Positions 27,141 through 37,150 of a stretch of 64,000 nucleotides of DNA are shown in pieces (position 1 is the stretch's first letter; the number at the start of each line of letters is the position of its first letter). The stretch is from an uncultured delta proteobacterium (GTDB taxonomy: Bacteria > Desulfobacterota > Binatia > DP-6). The position numbers and the translations under genes are program-made. The stretch lies in the NCBI GenBank assembly GCA_963815115.1, contig CAWFFN010000005.1, positions 672,001 to 736,000 on the forward strand. The letters are read 5' to 3'. The notes beneath the pieces are model-generated. The model was given only the letters and a program-made list of their open reading frames with translations, was not told where the DNA came from and made no database searches.

Positions 27141-29594
27141 GTGATGTGGCGGTGGAGGCGGGCGGGGATCGTCGCCCTGCTCCTCGTGGCGGCACGGGTG
27201 GCGGTGGGGCAGGCCCAGCCGGTGGCGGCGCCGACGGGCGTCACGGGGCCGACCGCACCCGCCGCGGAGGCCGCCCCGAAGCCCTTCGCCGTGCCTGAGA
27301 TCGCGGCGCAGGCGCAGACCACCGTCGCCCGCATGCGCTCGTTCGAGGAGGGGTCGCATCCCGTCGGTACGGTGGCGTCGATCGAGAGCCAGCTGCCCGA
27401 CCTCGAGCGGCGAGTCTCGCTGGGGGTCGAGGAGACCGAGCAGGTGCTGAAGGCGAGGCCGTCGCTGGCGTCGCTCGACGCGCTCATCGAGCCCTGGGCG
27501 GACGTGCGCGAGCAGGCCAGGGCATGGGTCGCGGCACTGACGGAGCGTGCCGAGGAGCTGGAGGCGGACCTCGCCAAGCTGGACGCGCTGCGCGCGAGGT
27601 GGCTGGCGACGCAGGCCGCGGCGCCGGCGGCGACAGTTCCCGAGGCGACGATCGGCCGGATCGAGTCCACCCTGGCGGTCATCGGCTCCGTGCGCGGCGG
27701 CGTGGCCGATCGCCGCAGCCACGTCCTGGTACTGCAGGATCGCGCCGCCCAGCAGCTCGCGCGCTCCGACGAGATGCTCGGACGTGTCGACATGTCACGC
27801 CGCGCGCTCCTGGGTCAGCTGTTCGTGCAGGACGGACTCCCGTTCTGGGATTTCCTCGGCGTGCCCGCCTGGGAGCGGGTGAAGCGCCAGGCGAACCGTT
27901 CGATGGTCTCCGAGGTCCCGGTGGTGGCGCTCTTCACTCGGCAGCACACGACGTCTCTCATCGTCGAGGGCGTGCTCTTCGTCGTGCTGGGTGTGATCTT
28001 CTCGTACATGCGGCGGCGCGCGCGTCGCTGGACGGCGCTCGACGAGACGCTGGTCCCGCGCTTCCGGGCGCTCGACTTCCCGTGGGCGAGCGCCGCGCTC
28101 CTCTCGCTCCTGATCAGCGCACTCACGCCGCCACTCGAGCCGCGTGCGATCACCGCCGCAGTGGCGCTCGTCGCCGTGCTGCCCATCATCCGGCTGGTCG
28201 CCGCCCTCAGCCCGCCGGCGCTCGTCCCCGTGGTGTGGCTGGTCGGCATCTTCCGCGTGGTCGACCTGGTGCGCGCGCTGCTCACCGCGGTGCCAGTGCT
28301 GGAGCAGGCGCTATTCCTCCTCCAGCTCTTGGGAATCCTCGTCGCCGTCGCCTGGGTGCGCCGGCGCCTCGCCGGCGTCGCCGTGGGCGAGGGAATCCAC
28401 CGACGTCGCCTGCGTCGGCTCGGCCGCGTCATCCAGGTCCTGGCTGCCGTCGCCCTGGTCGCCGGAGCGCTCGGCTACCTGCGCCTCGCCCGCCTGCTGG
28501 GGTTCTTCGCGGTCGGCATGCCCATGTGGGCGATCGTGCTCTGGGCCGTGGTCCGGCTGAGCGACGCCCTGGTCGGCTGGGCCCTGCGCGCGCGGCCGCT
28601 GCGCCTGCTGCGCGCGGTGCAGGAGCATCGCCTGCCACTCGAGCGCCGGGTGATCGCGGTCACCCGGTTCGGCGCGGTGCTCTTCGGGGTGATGAGTGTG
28701 GCGGGGGCGCTCGCCATCCTCGAGCCCGTGCGGCAGCGCCTCACCCAGATACTGGAGGCGCGCATGACCCACGGCGCGCTCAACGTGTCCCTCGGCGACC
28801 TGCTCGTCTTCGCGCTCGTCGTCTGGTTCACCTTCATCCTCTCGTCCGCCGTGCGCGTCTTGCTCGAGGAGGACATCTTCTCTCGCGTGCACCTGCCGCG
28901 CGGCGTCCCGGGCGCGCTCTCGAGCGTCGTGCACTACCTCATCCTCCTGATCGGGTTCTTCCTGGGCCTGGCCGCGCTCGGCCTCGACTTCACCCGCATC
29001 ACCATCATCGCCGGCGCGCTCGGCGTCGGGGTCGGCTTCGGGCTGCAGAACATCGTCAACAACTTCGTCTCGGGCCTGATCCTGCTCTTCGAGCGCCCGA
29101 TCCAGATCGGCGATGCGGTCCAGCTCGGCACGCTCACGGGCGAGGTGAAGCGGATCGGCATCCGCTCCAGTACGTTGCGAACCTGGGACGGTGCGGAGGT
29201 CATCGTGCCGAACGCCAGCCTGGTGTCCGACCAGGTGACCAACTGGACGCTGTCGGACCGTATGCGCCGGTTCGATCTCGAGGTCGGCGTCGCCTACGGC
29301 ACCGATCCGCAGCGCGTCGTCGCGCTGCTGGCGGAGGTGGCGCGCGGCACGCCAGGGGTGCTGCACGAACCTCCGCCGGTCGCCCTTTTCCTGGGGTTCG
29401 GAGACAGCGCGCTCAACTTCCAGCTGCGCGCGTGGACGGCGCACTTCGAGGAATGGATGAAGACGCGCAGCGACCTCGGCCTCGCGGTGCACGACGCGCT
29501 CGAGAAAGCCGGCATCACGGTCCCGTTCCCGCAGCGCGAGGTACACGTCATCGGCGAGCCAGACGGGTTGCGAGAGCAGCCTGCGCGTGGATGA
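27141..29594 (+). CDS. Large MscS-family mechanosensitive channel (MscK-like)
   Basis: Signal peptide, periplasmic coiled coil, multiple TMs, GALGVGVGFGLQNIVNNFVSGLILLFERPIQIGD, IVPN, VPFPQREV. Confidence 0.92.
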   Translation: MMWRWRRAGIVALLLVAARVAVGQAQPVAAPTGVTGPTAPAAEAAPKPFAVPEIAAQAQTTVARMRSFEEGSHPVGTVASIESQLPDLERRVSLGVEETEQVLKARPSLASLDALIEPWADVREQARAWVAALTERAEELEADLAKLDALRARWLATQAAAPAATVPEATIGRIESTLAVIGSVRGGVADRRSHVLVLQDRAAQQLARSDEMLGRVDMSRRALLGQLFVQDGLPFWDFLGVPAWERVKRQANRSMVSEVPVVALFTRQHTTSLIVEGVLFVVLGVIFSYMRRRARRWTALDETLVPRFRALDFPWASAALLSLLISALTPPLEPRAITAAVALVAVLPIIRLVAALSPPALVPVVWLVGIFRVVDLVRALLTAVPVLEQALFLLQLLGILVAVAWVRRRLAGVAVGEGIHRRRLRRLGRVIQVLAAVALVAGALGYLRLARLLGFFAVGMPMWAIVLWAVVRLSDALVGWALRARPLRLLRAVQEHRLPLERRVIAVTRFGAVLFGVMSVAGALAILEPVRQRLTQILEARMTHGALNVSLGDLLVFALVVWFTFILSSAVRVLLEEDIFSRVHLPRGVPGALSSVVHYLILLIGFFLGLAALGLDFTRITIIAGALGVGVGFGLQNIVNNFVSGLILLFERPIQIGDAVQLGTLTGEVKRIGIRSSTLRTWDGAEVIVPNASLVSDQVTNWTLSDRMRRFDLEVGVAYGTDPQRVVALLAEVARGTPGVLHEPPPVALFLGFGDSALNFQLRAWTAHFEEWMKTRSDLGLAVHDALEKAGITVPFPQREVHVIGEPDGLREQPARG

Positions 29595-29603
29595 TTGAAT
29601 GCG

Positions 29604-29909
29604 ATGGCGCCGATCGCCTGGGACCGCATCACCTTCACGGCGCACATGGTCGAGGCGGCCGCGCTGGTCGCCGAGTGTCACGTGGCGTTCGATTTCGAGG
29701 GCCACGAGCAGACGACCTACGAGGTGAAGGTCTTTCGCGCCCTGAAGGGCGCGTCCGGCCAGCCGTTCTTCGCCGTGGCGACCAATCGCGACGATCCCGC
29801 CGCGTTCCGGCCGACGGGGGAGGGTGAGAGCGCCGAAGCGGCGCTGGAGGCGTGCCTGCAGGATGCGGGTATTCACCACCGCCGCCGGGTGCGCCAGACC
29901 ACCGGCTGA
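29604..29909 (+). CDS. Hypothetical protein
   Basis: Protein-like composition, GC3-rich, fills the gap between mscS and sucA. Confidence 0.7.
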   Translation: MAPIAWDRITFTAHMVEAAALVAECHVAFDFEGHEQTTYEVKVFRALKGASGQPFFAVATNRDDPAAFRPTGEGESAEAALEACLQDAGIHHRRRVRQTTG

Positions 29910-29972
29910 ACCCCGGGCGCGTCACGATGGGTGGCGATCGGATCGCCTGCCCGCTAAAAGGGAAGTCCCACC

Positions 29973-32765
29973 ATGGATGGTATCGAAGGGCTCGCGCTCG
30001 CCAACAAGGACTACGTCGCGGAGCAGTATCGCCGCTGGCAGGCGGATCCGCATTCCGTCGACGAGAGCTGGGCGCTTTTCTTTGCCGGCTTCGAGCTGGG
30101 CGGGCAGGGAGGCAATGGCGCCGCGCCCGCGGCGATCGCGGCGACCGAGCCGCAGGCCCCGCCTGCGGCCGCCGGCAAGGACGGCGCGCTCGAGGGCGTC
30201 TACGACCTGGTCCACTCGTATCGCGAGGTCGGCCACCTGGTCGCGCACCTGAACCCGCTCGCCCCGAAGCCGGAGAGCCATCCGCTTCTCGAAGCGTCGG
30301 ACTTCGGCTTCGCCGAGGAGGATCTCGACCGGGTGGTCGATCCGGGCAGCTTCCGCGGCTGCGGCCGGGTGCCGCTGCGCGAGCTGATGGCCTGTCTGCA
30401 GGCGACCTACTGCCGCACCATCGGCGTCGAGTATCTCCACATCCACGATCGGCGGCAGCGTGTGTGGCTCCAGGAGCAGATGGAGCCGACCCTCAACCAG
30501 GCCGTGCTCACGGACGCGGATCGGCTGCGGCTCCTCGATCAGCTCGTCGCCGCCGAAGGCTTCGAGCAGTTCCTCCAGGTGCGCTATCCCACGGCGAAGC
30601 GCTTCTCGCTCGAAGGCAGCGACTCGCTGGTCCCGATCCTGGACGCACTCGTCGAGGCCGGCGGCGATCTCGGCGTCGAGGAGTTCGTGCTCGGGATGCC
30701 GCATCGCGGGCGGCTGAACGTGCTCGTCAACTTCCTCGGCAAGCCGTACGAGATGGTGCTCGGCGAGTTCGAGGGCAGCCTGCTGGCGCGCGAGGCCACC
30801 GGCGACGGCGACGTGAAGTACCATCTCGGGTACTCGCGCGATCACACCACGCGATCCGGCCGGAAGATCCATCTCTCGCTGAGCTCGAACCCGAGCCATC
30901 TCGAAGCCGTCAACCCGGTGATCGAGGGCATGGTGCGGGCCAAGCAGAGCCACCTCGGCGACAGCGAACGCGGGCGTGTCGTCCCCGTGGCGATGCACGG
31001 CGACGCCGCCTTCACGGGGCAGGGTGTCGTCGCGGAGACGCTGTGGCTCTCGGAGCTCGAGGCCTACCGGACGGGCGGGACCATCCACATCATCGTCAAC
31101 AACCAGATCGGCTTCACCACGCCACCCGAGGACTACCGCTTCACGCCCTACCCGAGCGACGTGGCGAAGATCATCCAGGCTCCGGTCTTCCACGTGAACG
31201 GCGACGACCCCGAGGCCGCCGTGCAGGCGGCGCGGCTCGCGATCGCGTTCCGCCAGCAGTTCAAGAAGGACGTGTTCATCGACCTCGTGTCCTACCGCCG
31301 CCACGGGCACAACGAGCTCGACGACCCCACGTTCACCCAGCCGGTCATGTACCAGACGATCGCCGCGCACCCCACGCCCCTGGCGCTCTACCGCGGGCGC
31401 CTCGTCGGAGCGGGTGTGGCCACCGACGCGGAGGTCGACCGGCGGATCGCCGAGTTCCGCGAGCTGCTGGGCGATGCGCAAAGCTACGCCCGCGACTTCA
31501 TGCCGCGCCAGCCGATCTTCGTCTTCGGCGGCCTGTGGAAGGGGCTCGGCTGGGCGGGCGACGACTGGAGCGCCGACACGGCCGTCCCCGAGGAGACGCT
31601 GCGCGAGATCGCCGCCACCTTCACCCGCGTCCCCGAGGACTTCCATCCCCATCCGAAGGTCATGCGCATCATGGAGGCGCGGGCCGCGATGGTCGAGGAG
31701 GGCGGTCGGATCGACTGGGGATGCGGCGAGGCGCTCGCGTTCGGCTCGCTCGTGCTCGAGGGCATCGAGGTGAGGGTGAGCGGTCAGGACACGCGACGCG
31801 GCACCTTCAGCCACCGCCACGCGGTGCTGCACGACGTCGAGAACGACGCGCAGTACGTTCCGCTCGCCCACATCCGGTCGGGCCAGGCGCCCTTCGTCAT
31901 CATCGACAGCATGCTTTCCGAGAACGCCTGCCTGGGATTCGAGTTCGGCTTCAGCACGGCCGATCCCAGCAAGCTGGTGGTGTGGGAGGCGCAGTTCGGC
32001 GACTTCGCCAACGGCGCGCAGGTCATCATCGACCAGTTCATCGCGAGCTCCGAGTCCAAGTGGCAGCGCATGAGCGGGCTCGTGCTCCTGCTGCCGCACG
32101 GCTACGAGGGGCAGGGCCCCGAGCACTCCAGCGCTCGGCTCGAGCGCTTCCTGCAGCTGTGCGCCGAGCAGAACATGCAGGTCTGCAACTTCACGACGCC
32201 CGCCCAGTACTTCCACGCGCTGCGCCGCCAGATGCACCGCACCTTTCGCAAGCCACTGGTCGTGATGAGCCCGAAGAGCCTGCTTCGCCACCGCCACGCG
32301 GTGTCGGGCATCGCCGACCTGAGCCGGGGGCGCTTCGAGCCGGTGCTCGACGACGTCGCGCGGGCGGACGCGGCGCAGGCCGAGATCGCCCTCGACCCGC
32401 CGCGCGTACGCCGCGTGCTCCTGTGCAGCGGGAAGATCTACTATGCGCTGATCGCCGGGCGGCACGAGCGCAACGCGGACACCGTCGCCATCGTGCGCGT
32501 CGAGCAGCTCTACCCGTTCCCGCGCCGGGAGCTGGAAGGCGTCCTCGGTGGCTACCCGAACGCGGAGCGCATCTGCTGGGTGCAGGAGGAGCCGGAAAAC
32601 ATGGGGGCCTGGCGTTTCGTCGAGCCGCTGCTGCGACCGCTGCTGGGCGGGCGGACGCTCGCCTACGTGGGACGCGACGAGGCCGCCAGCCCAGCCTCCG
32701 GATCGTACAAGATGCACCAGGCGGAGGAGGCCGACCTGGTGAACCGCGCCTTCGCGCGCCTCTAG
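29973..32765 (+). CDS. sucA: 2-oxoglutarate dehydrogenase E1 component
   Basis: KRFSLEG, GMPHRGRLN, GDVKYHLG, HGDAAFTGQG, YRRHGHNE, WEAQFGDF, LPHGYEGQGPEHSS. Confidence 0.97.
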   Translation: MDGIEGLALANKDYVAEQYRRWQADPHSVDESWALFFAGFELGGQGGNGAAPAAIAATEPQAPPAAAGKDGALEGVYDLVHSYREVGHLVAHLNPLAPKPESHPLLEASDFGFAEEDLDRVVDPGSFRGCGRVPLRELMACLQATYCRTIGVEYLHIHDRRQRVWLQEQMEPTLNQAVLTDADRLRLLDQLVAAEGFEQFLQVRYPTAKRFSLEGSDSLVPILDALVEAGGDLGVEEFVLGMPHRGRLNVLVNFLGKPYEMVLGEFEGSLLAREATGDGDVKYHLGYSRDHTTRSGRKIHLSLSSNPSHLEAVNPVIEGMVRAKQSHLGDSERGRVVPVAMHGDAAFTGQGVVAETLWLSELEAYRTGGTIHIIVNNQIGFTTPPEDYRFTPYPSDVAKIIQAPVFHVNGDDPEAAVQAARLAIAFRQQFKKDVFIDLVSYRRHGHNELDDPTFTQPVMYQTIAAHPTPLALYRGRLVGAGVATDAEVDRRIAEFRELLGDAQSYARDFMPRQPIFVFGGLWKGLGWAGDDWSADTAVPEETLREIAATFTRVPEDFHPHPKVMRIMEARAAMVEEGGRIDWGCGEALAFGSLVLEGIEVRVSGQDTRRGTFSHRHAVLHDVENDAQYVPLAHIRSGQAPFVIIDSMLSENACLGFEFGFSTADPSKLVVWEAQFGDFANGAQVIIDQFIASSESKWQRMSGLVLLLPHGYEGQGPEHSSARLERFLQLCAEQNMQVCNFTTPAQYFHALRRQMHRTFRKPLVVMSPKSLLRHRHAVSGIADLSRGRFEPVLDDVARADAAQAEIALDPPRVRRVLLCSGKIYYALIAGRHERNADTVAIVRVEQLYPFPRRELEGVLGGYPNAERICWVQEEPENMGAWRFVEPLLRPLLGGRTLAYVGRDEAASPASGSYKMHQAEEADLVNRAFARL

Positions 32766-32785
32766 CGGCGCGCGGGAGAGGGGAC

Positions 32786-34091
32786 ATGTTCGAGGTCCGG
32801 ATCCCGAGTCTGGGGGAGTCGGTGACCGAGGCGCGGATCGCGCGCTGGGCCAAGGCCGACGGCGAGTCCGTCGCGCAGGACGAGGTGCTGTTCGAGCTCG
32901 AGAGTGACAAGGCGAGCATGGAGCTGCCCGCCGAGCGTGCCGGCGTGCTCCACATCGTGAAGCAGGAGGGCGAGACGGTCGTCGTGGGCGATCTGGTCGC
33001 GCGCATCGAGGACGGTGCGGGTGCAGGCGCGACGCCCGCCCGGGCGCCGGTGCCGGCGACGGGACACGTGCCGTCCCCGCCGCCCGCCCGCGCCTGCCGC
33101 CGCTTCGCAACCTCCGTCGCCGCCCGGGAGCAGGGCGGTGGGCCCACTCAGCCCGGCGGTGCGAAACCTGATCGAGGAGCACGGCCTCGACCCCGCCGCG
33201 ATCGCGGCTTCGGGCAGGGGCGGGCGGCTCACCAAGGCCGACGTGCTCGTGCATCTCGAGGGCCGCGCCGCACCCGCTCCGGCCGCACCTGCGGCCGCTG
33301 CGGCGGCCACGGCGCAGGCTGCCGCAAGTCCGGCGACGGCGCCGGCCTCGACGGTGTCGCTGACCGCGCGTCCGGCGCCTCGCCCGGCGGGCGAGGGTGA
33401 GGAACGCGTCGCGATGACCCGCATCCGCAAGCGCATCGCCGAGCGTCTCGTCGCCGCGCAGCACACCGCCGCCATCCTCACCACGTTCAACGAGATCGAC
33501 TGCAGTGCCGTGATGGCGCTGCGCGCGCAGCACAAGGATCGCTTCCAGCAGAAGTACGGCGTGGCGCTCGGGTTCATGTCGTTCTTCGCCCGCGCCTGCA
33601 TCGCCGCGCTGGCAGAGATTCCCGCCGTCAACGCCGCGATCGACGGCGACGACGTCGTCTACAAGCACTTCGTCCACCTCGGCGTGGCGGTCGGTACGGA
33701 GCGCGGGCTCGTGGTGCCCGTGGTCAAGCACGCCGACGCCATGTCGTTCGCCGATCTCGAGCGCGAGATTGCCCGCCTCGCCGGGCTCGCACGGGACGGC
33801 AAGCTCGCCGTCGACGACCTCGTCGGGGGCACCTTCACGATCTCGAACGGCGGCGTGTACGGCTCGTTGCTCTCCACCCCGATCCTCAATCCGCCCCAGA
33901 GCGGCATCCTCGGCATGCACAAGATCGAGAAGCGACCGGTCGTGGTGCAGGATCAGATCGTCGTGCGCCCGATGATGTACGTCGCGCTGTCGTACGACCA
34001 CCGCCTGGTGGACGGCGCGCAGGCCGTCACCTTCCTCGTGCGCGTGAAGGAACGCCTCGAGGATCCGGCGCGGCTGCTCCTCGACGTCTGA
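32786..34091 (+). CDS. sucB: Dihydrolipoamide succinyltransferase E2, with +1 frameshift near 33075-33095
   Basis: Lipoyl domain ([14 protein letters not shown]) in one frame; E3-binding and catalytic domains ([19 protein letters not shown]) in another. Confidence 0.92.
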
Positions 34092-35488
34092 TGGCGGAGC
34101 GCTTCGACCTCGTCGTCATCGGCTCGGGACCGGCGGGCTATACCGGCGCCATCCGCGCCGCCCAGCTCGGCATGCGGGTCGCGTGCGTCGAGAAGGATCC
34201 ACCGCTCGGCGGAACCTGCCTGAACGTCGGCTGCATCCCCAGCAAGGCGCTGCTCGACTCGAGCGAGCTCTTTCACCAGGCGCGGCACGGGCTCGGCGAG
34301 CACGGCGTGCGCACCGGCGACGTCTCTCTCGACCTGCCGGCGATGCTGGCGCGGAAGGACAAGATCGTGCACGGCCTCACCCAGGGCATCGCCGGTCTCT
34401 TCCGCAAGAACAAGATCACCCGGGTGGCCGGGACGGGTCGCCTCGCTGCGGCCAACCGCGTCGCGGTGCGGGGAAGCAACGGCGAGGTCACGCTCGAGGC
34501 GGCCCACGTCCTCATCGCGACCGGCAGCGAGCCGATCCCACTTCCGTCGCTGCCCTTCGACGGCGAGCGCATCGTCAGCTCGACGGAGGCGCTCACGCTG
34601 CCGCAGGTACCCGGCCGCCTGCTCGTGGTCGGCGCCGGCGCGATCGGCCTCGAGCTGGGCTCGGTGTGGAGCCGGCTCGGGTCCGAGGTCCTGGTGGTGG
34701 AGTTCCTCGATCGCATCGTGCCATGGGCCGACGCCTCGATGTCGAAGCAGCTCCAGCGGGCCCTCACCAAGCAGGGTCTCGCCTTTCGCCTCTCGACGCA
34801 GGCGAAGGCGGCGGAGCGTACCGGCGACGGCATGCGCGTCACCCTCGCCGGTCCGGCCGAGCCACCCGTCATCGAGACCGACGTCATCCTCGTGGCCGTC
34901 GGTCGCCGTCCGTACACCGAGGGGCTGGGCGCCCGCGAGCTCGGTGTGGCCTTCGACGAGCGCGGGCGCATCGTCGTCGACGAGCGCTTCGCGACCAGCC
35001 TGCCCGGTGTCTACGCCGTGGGCGACGTGATCCCGGGGCCGATGCTGGCGCACAAGGGCGAGGAGGAGGCCGTCGCCGCGGTCGAGGGCATGGCCGGCCA
35101 TCCCGTTCACGTCGACCACGACGTGATCCCGAACGTCGTCTACACGGCGCCGGAGCTGGCGAGCGTCGGGATGACGGAAGAGGAGGCCAGGAGCCGCGGC
35201 CACGAGGTGCGCGTCGGCACCTTCCCCTACCAGGCGAATGCGCGCGCGCGCTGCCTGGGCGAGACCGAGGGCGGCGTCAAGGTCATCGCCGATGCGAAGA
35301 CCGACCGCATCCTCGGCATCCACATCCTCGCCGCCCGGGCGTCGGATCTCATCGCCGAAGCGGTGCTCGCGATGGTGTACGGTGCCAGCGCGGAGGATGT
35401 CGGGCGCACCATCCACGCTCACCCGTCGCTACCCGAGGCCATCAAGGAAGCGGCGCTCGGGGTCGCCGGTCGGTCGATCAACATCTGA
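34091..35488 (+). CDS. lpdA: Dihydrolipoyl dehydrogenase E3
   Basis: GSGPAGY, GGTCLNVGCIPSK, GAGAIGLE, HAHPSLPE. Confidence 0.97.
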   Translation: MAERFDLVVIGSGPAGYTGAIRAAQLGMRVACVEKDPPLGGTCLNVGCIPSKALLDSSELFHQARHGLGEHGVRTGDVSLDLPAMLARKDKIVHGLTQGIAGLFRKNKITRVAGTGRLAAANRVAVRGSNGEVTLEAAHVLIATGSEPIPLPSLPFDGERIVSSTEALTLPQVPGRLLVVGAGAIGLELGSVWSRLGSEVLVVEFLDRIVPWADASMSKQLQRALTKQGLAFRLSTQAKAAERTGDGMRVTLAGPAEPPVIETDVILVAVGRRPYTEGLGARELGVAFDERGRIVVDERFATSLPGVYAVGDVIPGPMLAHKGEEEAVAAVEGMAGHPVHVDHDVIPNVVYTAPELASVGMTEEEARSRGHEVRVGTFPYQANARARCLGETEGGVKVIADAKTDRILGIHILAARASDLIAEAVLAMVYGASAEDVGRTIHAHPSLPEAIKEAALGVAGRSINI

Positions 35489-35518
35489 CCGCGCGCGGCG
35501 GGTTGCCGCCGCGCGCGG
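35489..35518. terminator. Hairpin between convergent lpdA and FKBP genes
   Basis: 13-bp perfect stem CCGCGCGCGGCGG-GTTG-CCGCCGCGCGCGG; no U-tract. Confidence 0.6.
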
Positions 35519-35527
35519 GACGTCGTC

Positions 35528-36253
35528 CTACTTCTTCTCTTCCTTCTTCTCGCCTTCCTTGGGCGCCGCAGCCGGCTGCTCCTTCATGATCTCGAGCAGC
35601 TCGACGTCGAAGACCAGCGTGGAGCCCGGCTTGATCTTGGGCGGGGCGCCGCGGTCGCCGTAGGCGAGGTCGGACGGGCAGACGAGCTTGGCCTTGCCCC
35701 CGACCTTCATCATGCCCACACCCTCGGTCCAGCACTTGATGACCTGGTTCAGCGGGAACGTCGCGGGCTGGCCCCGCTCCACCGAGCTGTCGAACACCGT
35801 GCCGTCGGTGAGCTTGCCGGTGTAGTTCACCTTCACCTTGTCGGTGGGCTTGGGAATGTCGCCGCTGCCCGCCTTCTCCTCGAGGTAGATCGCGCCGGAG
35901 GGCGTCTTCTTGGCGCCCTTCTCGGCGGCGGCCTTGTCGAGGAACGGCTGGGCCGCCTTCTTCTCGGTCTCGGCGGCCGCCTTGGCGCGGGTCTGCTGGA
36001 GCTCCTGGATCTTCGGCATGTACTTCTCGAGATCGACCTTCTTCTCCTCCTTGGAGAAGAGGCCGTCGTTCATCCCGGCCTCGATCGACTGCAGCTCGGC
36101 CGGGGTCAGGGAGAAGGCCGCGAGGTTGCGGCTGAGCGCGAGGCCGAGTGCATAGAGCGTCTTCTGGTCCTCGGTCTCGAGCTTCACGTCCGCGGCGCGG
36201 GCCGCGGGGGCGAGGGCCAGGGCCACGAGCAGCGCGGCGGCGACGGTTCGCAT
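35528..36253 (-). CDS. fkpA: FKBP-type peptidyl-prolyl isomerase (FkpA/Mip type)
   Basis: Signal peptide, QKTLYALG dimerisation domain, YTGKLTDGTVFDSS, VIKCWTEG, LAYG, TLVFDVELL; RBS AGGAG. Confidence 0.93.
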   Translation of the reverse strand: MRTVAAALLVALALAPAARAADVKLETEDQKTLYALGLALSRNLAAFSLTPAELQSIEAGMNDGLFSKEEKKVDLEKYMPKIQELQQTRAKAAAETEKKAAQPFLDKAAAEKGAKKTPSGAIYLEEKAGSGDIPKPTDKVKVNYTGKLTDGTVFDSSVERGQPATFPLNQVIKCWTEGVGMMKVGGKAKLVCPSDLAYGDRGAPPKIKPGSTLVFDVELLEIMKEQPAAAPKEGEKKEEKK

Positions 36254-36466
36254 GAGATTACTCCTTTGTCGGCGAGAGAATCCGGCGGTACTAGCTGCCT
36301 TCGGCTCCGGGGGCAAGAGCGCAACCGGGAGACCTGCGCGACCGGGGTCGATCCGTGCTAGAAGCCTGGCATGGACGGCAGGAGGCCGGCGCGAAGCGTT
36401 TTCGTGGTGAGCACGATCCTGCTCGCGGCCGGGTCGCGGGCGGCGGTCCCCACCCGCTGAGCAGCC

Positions 36467-37141
36467 ATGCCGCGCTCGGGCCGACGCCGCGGGGCCGGCG
36501 TGCTCGCGCTCCTCGCGATCGCGACGGCCGCGCTCGCCGGTCCCTCGCACGACGCCACCTCGCACCGCCGCTTCGACGACCCGGCCTACTGGTCGAAGGT
36601 ATTCGACGATCCGGCGCGCGCGGAGTGGCAGAAGCCCACGGAGGTCGCCGCGGCGCTCGCCCTGCGCCCGGGGCAGGCGGTCGCCGACCTCGGCGCCGGC
36701 ACGGGCTACTTCACGCGGCCGCTGGCCGAGGCGGTGGGCCCGGCGGGGACGGTGTACGCGGTCGACGTCGAGCCGAACCTGGTCGCGCATCTGCGCGAGC
36801 GAGCTGCCCGCGAGGGCCTCTCCAACGTGCGCCCGATCCTCGCCGCGGCGCGCGATCCGCATCTGCCGGCCGCGGGAGTCGACGCCGTGCTGGTGGTCGA
36901 CACCTATCACCACATCGACGACCGCATCGGGTACTTCCGCCGCCTGCGGCGCGCCCTCCGCCCGCGCGGGCGCGTCGCCGTCGTCGACTGGCACAAGCGG
37001 CCGATGCCGGTGGGACCGGAGATGGACCACAAGATCGCCCGCGAGCAGGTGGTCGACGAGATGGACGCGGCGGGCTACCGGCTGGTCGAGGAGCCGACAT
37101 TCCTCCCGTACCAGTATTTCCTGGTCTTCCAGCCGCGCTGA
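36467..37141 (+). CDS. Exported class I SAM-dependent methyltransferase-like protein
   Basis: RAEWQKP, VADLGAGTGYF, VYAVDVEP, DTYHH, LPYQYFLVF. Confidence 0.88.
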   Translation: MPRSGRRRGAGVLALLAIATAALAGPSHDATSHRRFDDPAYWSKVFDDPARAEWQKPTEVAAALALRPGQAVADLGAGTGYFTRPLAEAVGPAGTVYAVDVEPNLVAHLRERAAREGLSNVRPILAAARDPHLPAAGVDAVLVVDTYHHIDDRIGYFRRLRRALRPRGRVAVVDWHKRPMPVGPEMDHKIAREQVVDEMDAAGYRLVEEPTFLPYQYFLVFQPR

Positions 37142-37150
37142 GCGTTCGCC

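Noticed and set aside
29922-34001. 1359-aa minus-strand ORF and other very long ORFs (e.g. 42907-45963, 45560-48856, 13042-15669, 18620-21466)
   Set aside because: Shadow frames of real genes in a high-GC genome; low-complexity Arg/Ala/Gly content and no motifs.
36371-36460. 29-codon ORF MDGRRPARSVFVVSTILLAAGSRAAVPTR
   Set aside because: No RBS or recognisable family; at best a signal-peptide remnant that cannot be supported.
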